A stretch of 64,000 bases of DNA from contig CAVWCF010000005.1 in the NCBI GenBank assembly GCA_963753435.1, positions 32,001 to 96,000 of the forward strand. The letters are read 5' to 3'. Source of the DNA: an uncultured Actinomycetota bacterium. GTDB taxonomy: Bacteria > Actinomycetota > Actinomycetes > CAVWCF01. The notes beneath the pieces were generated by a model. That model was given only the letters and a program-made list of their open reading frames with translations, searched no databases and was not told where the DNA came from. Numbering within the stretch: position 1 is the stretch's first letter; each line of letters starts with the position of its first letter. Both the position numbers and the translations under genes were made by a program. Positions 21,401-32,937 of the stretch are shown one piece after another.

Positions 21401-21991
21401 GGCGCCGAGCAGTCCGGCCACATCGCCGACGTCGGTTTCGACTTGTACGTGCGGCTGGTCGGCGAGGCGGTGGAGGCGTTCCGGCGCGGTGCGGGGGAGG
21501 AGTTGCCCGAGGACGTGCCGGACGTCCGCGTCGAACTGCCGATCAACGCGCACCTGCCGCACGAGTACGTGCCGCATGAGCGCCTGCGCCTGGAGGCGTA
21601 CCGGCGGCTGTCGGAGGCGGTGTCGGGCGCCGACATCGATGAGGTCGCCGCGGAATGGCGGGACCGGTACGGGCCGCCGCCCCCGCCGGCTGCGGCCCTC
21701 CTTGACGTCGCGAGGTTCCGGGTTGCGGCTCGCGCCGCTGGGCTGACGGACGTGACCGCCCAGGGCACGATGGTGAAACTGGCGCCGGTAGACCTGCCCG
21801 AGAGTGGACAATTGCGCCTGCGCCGGCTGTACCCCGGCGCGGTGGTGAAAGCCTCGCTACGTACGATCCTCGTGCCGCAGCCGAAGACCGCCCCGTTGGG
21901 CGGTCGGCCGTTGCGCAACGCGGAACTGCTGGAATGGGCGAGCACGCTGATCCAGGACCTGGCGCCGATCGGCGGAGGAGGGCGAGCCTGA
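18437..21991 (+). CDS. mfd: Transcription-repair coupling factor
   Basis: UvrB-homology module; VHEQHGVG; GDVGYGKT; DEEQRFG; QLRGRVGR; C-terminal TRCF domain. Confidence 0.97.
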   Translation: MSLAGLLALLRSDAGIEAALTAAAQRRPSLALAAAAGVRPFLLATLTAERPVLLITATSRDAEDAATDLRVLLPPESVLDFPAWETLPHERLSPRSDTVGVRLAALRRLAHPEDDPGLSPIRVVVAPVRSLLQPLLRGLGDVLPVRLSPGADMELDALIERLVEIGYVRADMVGRRGEFAVRGGIVDVFAPTDEHPVRIEFFGDTVEEIRSFRVSDQRSLQAQSRFTAPPCRELLLTDEVRDRAAQLAEAVPAMSEVFAPIADGVAVEGMESLGPVLNPGGAETLADVMPADTLVLLQDPERIRRRSADLVATSAEFLTASWAAAAVGAAAPLDLGSTVYRDLDELRQHVLATGRGWWVTGTIGAGLDLAPADEESSEGSIRIDVQPAQEYRGDTDKALSEIGDQLRAGWRVVLLTPGHGPAQRLVERLAEVEVPARLDPDLADPPTGSVVHVTTAALEHGLRAPAQKLLVLSEADLVGQRSSTKDMRRLPSRRRAIDPLQLTAGDPVVHEQHGVGRYVEMLQREVGGATREYLVIEYAPARRGAPPDRLFVPTDQLDQVTRYVGGEAPTLHRLGGADWAKAKGRARKAVRDIAAHLIQLYSARQAAPGFAFGPDTPWQAELEDAFAYVETPDQSSAIDEVKEDMRKSVPMDRLICGDVGYGKTEIAVRAAFKAVQDGKQVAVLVPTTLLVQQHSSTFAERYANFPVRIARLSRFESEKETRAVLAGLADGSIDVVIGTHRLLGDKVRFKDLGLVIVDEEQRFGVEHKEALKRMRTHVDVLAMSATPIPRTLEMAVTGIREMSVIATPPEERHPVLTFVGPFDDRQIAAAIRRELLRDGQVFYVHNRVESIDKAAARLADLVPEARIRVAHGQMSEAALEQVILDFWERQFDVLVSTTIVESGLDIANANTLIVERADAMGLSQLHQLRGRVGRGRERAYAYFLYPPERPLTETAHDRLATIAQHNELGAGMHVAMKDLEIRGAGNLLGAEQSGHIADVGFDLYVRLVGEAVEAFRRGAGEELPEDVPDVRVELPINAHLPHEYVPHERLRLEAYRRLSEAVSGADIDEVAAEWRDRYGPPPPPAAALLDVARFRVAARAAGLTDVTAQGTMVKLAPVDLPESGQLRLRRLYPGAVVKASLRTILVPQPKTAPLGGRPLRNAELLEWASTLIQDLAPIGGGGRA

Positions 21992-22577
21992 TGCGCGGTG
22001 CAGTGATTGCGGCTTTGGCAGTCTCGACGGTGATGCTCACCGCGTGCACCAATCAAGCCGGTGCCGCGGCACTGGTTGGGGACGTTGTCTTCAGCGAGAC
22101 CCAGGTGCAGGCCGACACGGCCGAGGTGCTGCGAGCGGCCGACGCCGCCGGCGGCATCCAGGTTGAGAACGCCGCGGTTGCCCGGGAGCAGGTGCGTCGT
22201 CTGGTCACCGAGGAACTGGTCGAACTGGCGGCGACGGAGCAAGGGGTCGAGGTGACCGCTGGCGACGTGGATCGCTCCATCGCGCAGGTCGCCGCCACCA
22301 CCCCCGGCGGAGTCGATGCCCTGGAAGTGCAGTTGGCGACGCAGAACGGCGTGCCGCCATCGGCGTTGGAGTCCTTCGTCCGGACCTTCCTGCTGCAGCA
22401 GGAGTTGGTGGCCGCAACCGGAGCGCCCCCGGGCTTGGCTGAGCAGCAGTACGTGGCTCAGCTCGCGGAGCTGTCGGACGAGGTGGGTGTGAGCATCTCG
22501 CCGCGATACGGCGAGTGGGTGCCTACCGAACTCCGCGTGGCCGAGCCCCCGTTCGACCTGGCTGCTCCGCCGACTTC

Positions 22578-22581
<4 letters not shown>
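21991..22581 (+). CDS. SurA N-terminal domain lipoprotein
   Basis: Lipobox LTAC; GAAALVG; V.ISPRYG.W; lies between mfd and mazG. Confidence 0.82.
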
Positions 22582-25472
<2,891 letters not shown>

Positions 25473-25473
<1 letters not shown>

Positions 25474-25970
25474 TGGGCACTCCGACCAAGGCCGATCTGG
25501 CCGCGGTTTCCGCGCAACTGGGGCGCCCGGCGCGGGGAGTTCGTGCCGTGGCGCACCGGTGTGCGTGCGGCCTACCGGACGTGGTGGAGACGCAGCCACG
25601 ATTGGCCGACGGCACGCCCTTCCCCACCCTGTACTACCTGACCTGCCCCCGTGCGGCTGCGGCGATCAGCACCTTGGAGGCATCGGGGGTGATGCGCCGA
25701 ATGGCCGACCGACTGGCGGCGGACCCGGAGTTGGCGGCGGCGTACCGCGCCGCACACGAGGACTACCTCGCCCGGCGCACGGCGATCGCCGACGTCGCCG
25801 AGATCGACGGGATCACCGCCGGCGGCATGCCGGACCGGGTCAAGTGTCTGCACGTCCTGGCGGCGCACTCGCTGGCCGTAGGTACCGGGATCAACCCGCT
25901 GGGTGATGAGGTTTTGGCGGCGTTGGGCGACTGGTCCACCGGTGGACCCTGCATCGAGGCGGCTGACTGA
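25473..25970 (+). CDS. DUF501 family protein (Rv1025-like)
   Basis: QLGR..RG; PRLADGTPFPTLYYLT; GGMPDRVKCLH. Confidence 0.93.
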
Positions 25971-26881
25971 TGCGGGTCGCGGCGATCGACTGCGGAACCA
26001 ACTCGATTCGGCTCCTCGTCGCCGAACTCGTCGATGGTCGGCTGGTGGACCTAGAGCGGACCATGCGCATTGTGCGCCTCGGCGAGGGGACGGACCGAAC
26101 CGGTCGCCTGTCCGATGCGGCTCTGGATCGGACCTTCACTGCGGTATCGGAGTACGGCGAACTGATCGACTCATTCCGGGTCGACGCGGTCCGGTTCGTG
26201 GCCACATCCGCTAGTCGCGATGCGGACAACTCCGCCGTCTTCCAGGACGGAGTGCGCCAGCGCCTTGGCGTGCTGCCGGAGGTGATCACCGGCGTTGCGG
26301 AGGCCCGACTGTCCTTCGAGGGTGCCACGCGACAGTTGCGCGATGAGGTGCCCGGCCCGTACCTGGTTGCTGACATCGGTGGTGGCAGCACCGAGGTGGT
26401 ACACGGCGACGCCGAGCCGGACAGTTCGGCGTCGATGGACGTCGGGTGTGTGCGTTTGACTGAGCGTCACTTCGTCGAGGACCCCCCGAGTCCGGCGCAG
26501 GTCGAAGCGGCCATCGCCGATGTCGACGCCGCACTGGCGGCGATTTCCGACTCGGTTCCCTTGACGGCGCCGGCGCAACTCGTGGGCCTGGCCGGGTCGG
26601 TGACCACTGTGGCCGCGCTGGCGCTTGGTTTGCCGTCCTACGACCCGCGGGCCATCCACGGCAGCCGGGTGAGTCGTGATGAAGTGCAACGGATCAGCGC
26701 GGAGTTGCTGCGCGCCAATCACGAACGGCGCCTTGCCTATCCCGTCATGCATCCGGGCCGGGCCGACGTGATCATCGGTGGGGCGTTGGTGCTGGACCGC
26801 CTCATGCGGGCTACCGGCGCCGCCGACGTGCTTGTCAGCGAACGCGACATCCTGGACGGCATTGCCTGGTCACTGTGCTGA
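25970..26881 (+). CDS. Ppx/GppA exopolyphosphatase
   Basis: AIDCGTNSIRL, ATSASRDA, DIGGGSTE and GRADVI motifs. Confidence 0.95.
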   Translation: MRVAAIDCGTNSIRLLVAELVDGRLVDLERTMRIVRLGEGTDRTGRLSDAALDRTFTAVSEYGELIDSFRVDAVRFVATSASRDADNSAVFQDGVRQRLGVLPEVITGVAEARLSFEGATRQLRDEVPGPYLVADIGGGSTEVVHGDAEPDSSASMDVGCVRLTERHFVEDPPSPAQVEAAIADVDAALAAISDSVPLTAPAQLVGLAGSVTTVAALALGLPSYDPRAIHGSRVSRDEVQRISAELLRANHERRLAYPVMHPGRADVIIGGALVLDRLMRATGAADVLVSERDILDGIAWSLC

Positions 26882-26895
26882 GGCGTCGATCGTTC

Positions 26896-26928
26896 CGGAC
26901 CTCCGGCACAGTCCGGGACCTCCGACCT
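26896..26928. promoter_or_regulatory. Tandem DosR/OsdR-like boxes
   Basis: CGGACCTCCGGCAC and GGGACCTCCGACCT resemble GGGAC-N4-G(G/T)CCC; lie upstream of a DUF1918 gene. Confidence 0.45.
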
Positions 26929-26987
26929 TGCCCGCCCGGCCGGACAGTGCCCACGATGGGACGGCACAAAGATCCCGGAGGTGGAGC

Positions 26988-27185
26988 ATGCAGGCCAAGG
27001 TCGGCGACCGTCTGGTGGTGAAGAGTCGGCACGTGGGCGAGCAACCGCGTGATGGGGAGATCATCGAAGTCCATGGCGAGGACGGTGGCCCGCCGTACTT
27101 GGTGCGCTGGTCCGATGACGGCCATGAGGGACTGTTCTTCCCCGGCCCGGACACGATCGTTGAGCACGAGACCGCCCACGGGTGA
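26988..27185 (+). CDS. DUF1918 domain protein (Rv0569-like)
   Basis: [11 protein letters not shown]...[17 protein letters not shown]...FPGPD; GGAGG RBS. Confidence 0.9.
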   Translation: MQAKVGDRLVVKSRHVGEQPRDGEIIEVHGEDGGPPYLVRWSDDGHEGLFFPGPDTIVEHETAHG

Positions 27186-27937
27186 GTGACGACGCAGATT
27201 CGATAGCGACACCGTCGGCGACGACCCCCGCGCAGGTCGCCCGGGTCGCCGCGCAGTTCACCAGCATCGATCTGCTTGACGAGGCAATCAGCAACTGCCG
27301 CGCCTGCCCGCGGCTTGTTGATTGGTGTCAGCAGGTGGCGCGCGAAAAGCGTCGCGCCTACGCCGATGAGACCTATTGGGGGCGGCCGGTCCCGGGGTTC
27401 GGCGAACCGCGACCGCGCGTGCTTGTGCTCGGTTTGGCCCCAGGAGCGCACGGCGCCAACCGCACCGGGCGGGTCTTCACCGGAGACCGAAGCGGGGACT
27501 GGCTCTACGCCGCGTTGCACCGGGCCGGGTTGGCCAACCAGCCGATCTCGACGCATGTCGGGGATGAACTGCGCTTGGTGGACACCCGGGTGAGTGCCGC
27601 CGTGCGGTGCGCGCCGCCGGGGAACCGGCCCACCCCGCAGGAACGCGACACCTGCTCGCCCTGGCTGGAGCAAGAGTTGCGGCTGACCCGGGATGATCTG
27701 CGCGTGGTGGTGGCGCTCGGGTCGTTCGCGTGGGACGCGGCCCTGCGGGGGCTGGCTGCGGTGGGGGAGCCCGCCATCAGGCCCAAGCCGCGATTCGGGC
27801 ACGGTGCTGAAGTCTCGGTCGGCCGGATCCGGCTCATCGGCTGCTACCACCCGAGCCAGCAGAACACCTTTACCGGCCGCCTTACTGAGGAAATGCTCGA
27901 CGCAGTCTTCGCGAGGGCCGTAGCGTCCTGCAGGTGA
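27182..27937 (+). CDS. udgB: Family-5 uracil-DNA glycosylase
   Basis: CRACPRL Fe-S motif; [18 protein letters not shown]; YHPSQQNT. Confidence 0.92.
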   Translation: MSDDADSIATPSATTPAQVARVAAQFTSIDLLDEAISNCRACPRLVDWCQQVAREKRRAYADETYWGRPVPGFGEPRPRVLVLGLAPGAHGANRTGRVFTGDRSGDWLYAALHRAGLANQPISTHVGDELRLVDTRVSAAVRCAPPGNRPTPQERDTCSPWLEQELRLTRDDLRVVVALGSFAWDAALRGLAAVGEPAIRPKPRFGHGAEVSVGRIRLIGCYHPSQQNTFTGRLTEEMLDAVFARAVASCR

Positions 27938-29277
27938 CGGTCCCGCGCATCCTGGTGATCGGCGGCGGCTACGTCGGCATGTACACCGCTCTGCGGCTGC
28001 AGAAGAAGCTACGTCGCGGCGAGGCCGAGGTCACCGTCGTCGACCCGCGGTCGTACATGACCTACCAACCGTTCCTGCCGGAAGCTGCTGCCGGGTCCCT
28101 GTCGCCAAGACACGTCGTCGTGCCGTTGCGGCCGCTGCTGCGCGACTGTCGGGTCGTCACCGGGTGGGTGACCGGCATCGACCACCCGAACCGGACTGCG
28201 CGGATCCAGCCGTTGGAAGGTTCCGAATACGACCTGCCCTACACGCTGCTGGTTGTGGCGGCCGGCTCCGTCGCCAGGACGCTGCCCATCCCGGGCCTGG
28301 CCGAAGCTGCCACCGGCTTCAAGACGGTGGAGGAGGCCATCCAATTGCGCAACCGCGTTCTTGAATGCCTCGACATCGCCGAGAGCACGCGGGACCCGGA
28401 CGTGCGCGGCCGCAACCTGACGTTCGTCGTGGTCGGCGGCGGGTACGCGGGGGTGGAGGCGCTGGCGGAGTTGGCCGACCTCACCCGCTACGCGACCCGC
28501 AACTACGCGTCCATCGAGCGCGAGGACCTGCGCTGGATGTTGGTCGAAGCCAGCGATCGGATCCTCCCCGAAGTCGACCCGGACATGGGTGAGTACACCC
28601 TGGAGCAACTGCGGCGGGCCGGCATCGACGTGCGCCTACGCACCCGGTTGGAGTCGGTGGTGGGCGGGCGCGTGGTGCTGTCCGACGGGGAGTCCTTCGA
28701 TGCGGACACGGTCGTGTGGACCGCCGGAGTCCGCCCCCACCCGGTGCTGGAACGGCTCGGACTGCCGCTGTCGGACTCCGGTCGCTTGGTCGTCAGCGAG
28801 ACATTGCAGGTGCCGGGTGAGCCGGATGCCTTCGGCGCCGGCGACTGCTGTGCGGTCCCGGACCTGACGGGGCCGCCGGGGGCCCTGTGTTCACCGAGCG
28901 CCCAGCATGCGGTCCGCCAGGCCGGACAACTCGCCGACAACGTGATCGCCCGCCTGCGCGGCTTCACGCCCCGGCCGTATCGGCACAAGCACGCCGGGTC
29001 GGTGGCCAGCCTGGGTCTGCACAAGGGCGTGGCCCAGGTCTACGGGGTCAAACTGCGTGGGTGGCCGGCGTGGTTCATGCACCGCACGTATCACATGAGC
29101 CGAGTGCCCACCCTCAACCGCAAGGTCCGGGTGATCGCGGAGTGGACCCTGGCACTGTTCTTCCGTCGCGAAGTCGTGTCGCTTTGGGCGATACATGAAC
29201 CGTTCGAATCCTTCAGCAGTGCTGCGCAGCAGCGCCAAGTGCCACCGGCGCCCGGCGACGAGCCCGCCGCCTCCTAG
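27934..29277 (+). CDS. Type II NADH dehydrogenase-like FAD oxidoreductase
   Basis: Two Rossmann motifs GGGYVG and GGGYAGVE; YQPFLPE; VWTAG; AQHAVRQ. Confidence 0.9.
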   Translation: MTVPRILVIGGGYVGMYTALRLQKKLRRGEAEVTVVDPRSYMTYQPFLPEAAAGSLSPRHVVVPLRPLLRDCRVVTGWVTGIDHPNRTARIQPLEGSEYDLPYTLLVVAAGSVARTLPIPGLAEAATGFKTVEEAIQLRNRVLECLDIAESTRDPDVRGRNLTFVVVGGGYAGVEALAELADLTRYATRNYASIEREDLRWMLVEASDRILPEVDPDMGEYTLEQLRRAGIDVRLRTRLESVVGGRVVLSDGESFDADTVVWTAGVRPHPVLERLGLPLSDSGRLVVSETLQVPGEPDAFGAGDCCAVPDLTGPPGALCSPSAQHAVRQAGQLADNVIARLRGFTPRPYRHKHAGSVASLGLHKGVAQVYGVKLRGWPAWFMHRTYHMSRVPTLNRKVRVIAEWTLALFFRREVVSLWAIHEPFESFSSAAQQRQVPPAPGDEPAAS

Positions 29278-29286
29278 GGTGCGGCC

Positions 29287-29802
29287 ATGTCGTCGCATGC
29301 CATCACCGTTCTAGGACACGACCGACCGGGCATCATCGCCGATGTCACCGGCGTGCTTGCTGAGCTCGGCGGCAACCTCGAAGACTCGTCCATGACGCTG
29401 CTTCGCGGTCACTTCGCCTGGACGCTGATCGTCGACCTGGACGTGCCGGGGGCCGAGGCGGACCAGCGGCTGGCGTTTCTTCGCGACGAGGGCCTGGTGG
29501 TTTCGGTGTTGCCGTTGCCACCGGAGGAGTCCGTGCCCGATGTCGGCGTGTCCTACGTGCTCAGCGTCCATGGTGCCGACCGGCCCGGCATCGTCTCGGC
29601 CCTGACGCGCGTGATTGCCGACGCTGGTGGAAACGTCAGCGACCTGACCACCCGGCTGGCCGGCTCCCTGTACGTGGTGGTGGCCGAACTGGGCCTACCG
29701 GCCGATGCCGACGTCGATGTGGTCAACGCGCGGTTGGCCACAACCGCCGAGGGGCTCGGCGTAGGCGTCTCACTGCGACCGGCCGACGTAGACGTTCTCT
29801 GA
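29287..29802 (+). CDS. Double ACT-domain protein (GcvR-like)
   Basis: Two G.DRPGI ACT signatures. Confidence 0.88.
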   Translation: MSSHAITVLGHDRPGIIADVTGVLAELGGNLEDSSMTLLRGHFAWTLIVDLDVPGAEADQRLAFLRDEGLVVSVLPLPPEESVPDVGVSYVLSVHGADRPGIVSALTRVIADAGGNVSDLTTRLAGSLYVVVAELGLPADADVDVVNARLATTAEGLGVGVSLRPADVDVL

Positions 29803-29812
29803 GGTTCGGCGA

Positions 29813-30364
29813 GTGGACGTTCCGTCGGTGGCCGCTTGGTCCATGCCCGCCCTTCCCCAAGGGCGGGTGCTCGACGTGGTCACGGCGCCGGAACAGGTGC
29901 TTTCTGGGGCGTGCGAAGAGGTTGACCCAGCCGATCCCGCGGTGCAGCAGTTGGCCGCCGACCTGATCGCGACCATGCGGGTTTCGCCGGGCTGCGTCGG
30001 GCTGGCCGCCAACCAGGTGGGCGTGCCCTGGCGCGTCTTCAGCTTGGACGTCTCCACCCACCCCAAGACACGCATCCATCACGGCGAGTTCGTGCTGGTC
30101 AATGCGCGTATCGAATCGGCCTCACGCAACGTCCGCGGCCGGGAAGGCTGCATGTCCGTCCCGGACTTCACCGGTGACGTCAAGCGGGCTTCGCGAGTCA
30201 CGGTGCTCGGGCAATTGCCGGGGTCCGGGCAGGAAGTGCGCGTCGTCACGGACGCGTTCGAGGCGGTGGCCTTGCAGCACGAGATCGATCACACCGACGG
30301 GCTCTTGTTCTTGGACCGCGTAGCCGGTGCCCACGCGATCCACCCGCGCCAGACGTACCTCTGA
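29813..30364 (+). CDS. def: Peptide deformylase paralogue
   Basis: GCVGLAANQVG, EGCMS and QHEIDH motifs. Confidence 0.9.
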   Translation: MDVPSVAAWSMPALPQGRVLDVVTAPEQVLSGACEEVDPADPAVQQLAADLIATMRVSPGCVGLAANQVGVPWRVFSLDVSTHPKTRIHHGEFVLVNARIESASRNVRGREGCMSVPDFTGDVKRASRVTVLGQLPGSGQEVRVVTDAFEAVALQHEIDHTDGLLFLDRVAGAHAIHPRQTYL

Positions 30365-30391
30365 AGCCGCCATAGGGGAGCATTGCTCCCG

Positions 30392-30465
30392 GCCCCCGTA
30401 GCCCAACCGGCAGAGGCGACCGGCTTAAACCCGGTTCAGTGCAGGTTCGAGTCCTGCCGGGGGCA
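30392..30465 (+). tRNA. tRNA-Leu(TAA), short variable loop
   Basis: GCCCCCG/CGGGGGC acceptor stem, A discriminator; ACCGG-CT TAA AC-CCGGT anticodon arm; TTCGAGT; CCA not encoded. Confidence 0.93.
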
Positions 30466-30470
30466 CCGCT

Positions 30471-30497
30471 GGAATCGGCACAAAGCGGTCGATGTTG
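30471..30497 (+). promoter_or_regulatory. SigR/SigH-type ECF promoter
   Basis: GGAAT-N18-GTTG upstream of the YccA-family gene. Confidence 0.6.
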
Positions 30498-30550
30498 TTA
30501 CCTTTATCACCTGCTGCGACCGCGGCGGAACGTCAAGGAGGTAGTTAGGC

Positions 30551-31366
30551 ATGGAGTCCCGCAACCCGGTGCTGCGTAACGCCAACGAGCGCTACGCCCA
30601 CGACCTGCAGGCGCAGGGTGGGGCCGCCCCGATGATGACCGCCGAGCAGTTGGCTGCCCTGTACGAGCAGCCAGCCGCGGTCAAGCCCACCGAGCGGCTG
30701 TCGCTGGACGACGTCGTCGTCAAGACGGGCGGGCTCTTCGTCGTGCTGCTCGTCGGTGCGGTCGTCTCCTGGAACATCGCGCTGGACTACCCGCTGGTTT
30801 GGATCGGTGCCGCCCTCGTCGGTTTCGTCCTGGCCATGGTCAACGTCTTCAAGAAGCAGGTGAGCCCGCCGCTGATCCTGGCCTACGCCTTGGTGCAAGG
30901 CGTCTTCCTGGGCGGCATCAGCCGCTGGTACGACGTCACCTTCTCCGACGGCGGCACGTCGATCGTGTTGCAGGCAGTGATCGGCACGCTGACGGCATTC
31001 GGCGTCATGCTGGCGCTGTACGCGACCGGGGTCATCAAGGTCACCGGCCGTTTCCGCAAGATCATGATCGTGGCCCTGGTCTCCTACCTGGGCATCGCCG
31101 TCGTCAGCCTGTTCGCTTCGTTCTTCGGTGTCGGTGGCGGTTGGGGCTTCTACGGCGTGGACGGCCTCGGCCTGCTCCTGTGTGCTGCCGGTGTCCTGTT
31201 GGCGTCCTTCACGTTGGCGTTGGACTTCGATGCCATCTCGCAGTCGGTGAAGTTGGGCGCGCCGGAGCGGGAGTCCTGGCGGCTGGCCTTCGGCCTGATG
31301 GTCACGCTGATCTGGCTGTACCTGGAGATCCTGCGCTTCCTGGCCATCATGAACAGCAACAACTGA
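30551..31366 (+). CDS. Bax inhibitor-1/YccA family membrane protein
   Basis: MESRNP; DDVVVKT; about 7 TM helices; AFGL.VTLIWLYLEILR. Confidence 0.92.
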   Translation: MESRNPVLRNANERYAHDLQAQGGAAPMMTAEQLAALYEQPAAVKPTERLSLDDVVVKTGGLFVVLLVGAVVSWNIALDYPLVWIGAALVGFVLAMVNVFKKQVSPPLILAYALVQGVFLGGISRWYDVTFSDGGTSIVLQAVIGTLTAFGVMLALYATGVIKVTGRFRKIMIVALVSYLGIAVVSLFASFFGVGGGWGFYGVDGLGLLLCAAGVLLASFTLALDFDAISQSVKLGAPERESWRLAFGLMVTLIWLYLEILRFLAIMNSNN

Positions 31367-31386
31367 CCCGTTAAGAACCCACCAGG

Positions 31387-31416
31387 CCGGTCAGCCCGCA
31401 GGTATTGGGCGACCGG
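31387..31416. terminator. Possible hairpin terminator between convergent genes
   Basis: CCGGTC-A-GCCC...GGGC-GACCGG inverted repeat. Confidence 0.4.
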
Positions 31417-31450
31417 GTGGTTGACGGTGAATGCTGTCTGACCGGTGCGG

Positions 31451-31678
31451 TCAGCGGGCGCGGCGGGCGGCCCGCTGCAGGTCGTACTCGTGCACGATCG
31501 CGGTTGCGTAGCCGTGCGGGAGCTCGTGCTCGTCCTGTAGCCAATGGACGCGTTCCTCAAAGCGCATCAGCGCCGGCCCGTCCTCCAAGGTGCTGAACCA
31601 CTCGCCTACTTCTCGCCCGGTCGCCTGCGGCAGCCGGGCCACGAGATTCGCGTGGGTCTCCTCGGAGTGATTGAGCAT
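31451..31678 (-). CDS. DUF4287 domain protein
   Basis: SEETH.NL..R.P..TGR...W...HWLQDEHELPHGYATAIV; GGAGG RBS. Confidence 0.85.
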   Translation of the reverse strand: MLNHSEETHANLVARLPQATGREVGEWFSTLEDGPALMRFEERVHWLQDEHELPHGYATAIVHEYDLQRAARRAR

Positions 31679-31761
31679 CGGGGCCTCCCGTCGTGGGTCT
31701 GTCGGAAGTCTCACCCGCGCGGGCGCCGTCGGCAAGGGCTTTGTGGTTCTACCGTGCGCTG

Positions 31762-32124
31762 GTGCAGACACCACCGGACCAGACCGCGGCAGCGCGCCAG
31801 GCCCTGGAGATCGAGACCAGGCGGGTTGCCGACCGGTTGCGGGCGCTGGGGGAGGCGCGAATCGGCCCACATCTGGAGATTCTGCGGGTCACGGCGCAGA
31901 CCTTGATCGACTGCGCAATGGCGTGCGAGCAGGACGGGCCCGCGCCAACGCGGCCCCAGTCCGGTCGGACCGTGCCGCCAGTGGACACCCGCGCCTGGGC
32001 GGACGTGATCGCGGTCCTGGCCAACGACGTGGTGGCCGCCAGCGCCAGCGCCGGCGGTGATCAAGGAACCGCCGCGCTGAGCCAGGCAGCGGCGGCGATG
32101 ACTCAGTTGCGCCGCGCCTTGTGA
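31762..32124 (+). CDS. Conserved actinobacterial hypothetical protein
   Basis: RVADRLR...ADVIAVLANDV pattern; GTG 6 nt after a TACCGT -10 hexamer. Confidence 0.6.
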   Translation: MQTPPDQTAAARQALEIETRRVADRLRALGEARIGPHLEILRVTAQTLIDCAMACEQDGPAPTRPQSGRTVPPVDTRAWADVIAVLANDVVAASASAGGDQGTAALSQAAAAMTQLRRAL

Positions 32125-32897
32125 AGGGCCGACTCGGCGCCGAGCGCGACCAGGGCGGCCGGTAGCAGCACGTCGACGACGCGGCGCTGACCAGCCGCCG
32201 ACGGGTGGAACCGGTCCGCGCCGAAGTAGACCTGCGGGTCGGCCAGGAAGTCGGCCCCGAGGAGTTCACCCAGCTGCACCGCGACCGCGCCGGCGTCCAC
32301 GGTCACCGCCGCTTGCGCCGCGGCCAGCAGCCGACTCCATTGCCGCACCACCCAGCGCAGCGGGGGCTTGACCGGTCGGACCGTGCCGAGGTCGGGGCAG
32401 GTGCCAACGACGACGACGCAACCTTGCTCCTGCAAGGCGTCCAGCACCCGCCGCAACTGCGTTGCGGACGTGCCCGGGCGGACCCGGGTCTTCACATCGT
32501 TCGCGCCAACGACGATCACTGCCAGTTGCGGGAAGTCCGCGGTCAGTTGGCTCACCTGTCCGCCGAGGTCAGCGGTGGTGGCACCAACCTCGGCGACGCA
32601 ACGCAGATCGATGCGGCGATTGAGCCGCTGGCTGAGCGCTTCCGCCAGCACCCGCGGGAACGCCTCCACTGGCGGCACGCCCCAACCGGCGGCGGCGGAG
32701 TCGCCGAGCACGGCAAGCGACAACGGCTCACCTACGCCGTAGCTGCCGTCGACTGCGGGGGCGGGTTCGGTTACTGAACCGACCAGCCGCCGCGCCAGCG
32801 CGATCTCAGCGGCCAAGACGGCCGCGCCGAGGGCGCCGAGCAACCACACACCGCCGGTACCCCAGGCGGCATGGGTGGCGATTCTGCGTGGCCTCAC
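32103..32897 (-). CDS. SGNH/GDSL hydrolase
   Basis: LGDSAAAG, GAND and DRFHPS blocks. Confidence 0.92.
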   Translation of the reverse strand: MRPRRIATHAAWGTGGVWLLGALGAAVLAAEIALARRLVGSVTEPAPAVDGSYGVGEPLSLAVLGDSAAAGWGVPPVEAFPRVLAEALSQRLNRRIDLRCVAEVGATTADLGGQVSQLTADFPQLAVIVVGANDVKTRVRPGTSATQLRRVLDALQEQGCVVVVGTCPDLGTVRPVKPPLRWVVRQWSRLLAAAQAAVTVDAGAVAVQLGELLGADFLADPQVYFGADRFHPSAAGQRRVVDVLLPAALVALGAESALHKARRN

Positions 32898-32937
32898 TTC
32901 CCGCGGAGTCTAGGCAACGGTGGCTAGCGTGCGGGGT

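Noticed and set aside
18788-21811. 1007-aa antisense ORF, and similar long antisense ORFs such as 58644-60560 and 38923-40578
   Set aside because: Shadow ORFs opposite real genes, expected from high-GC codon bias; no recognisable motifs.
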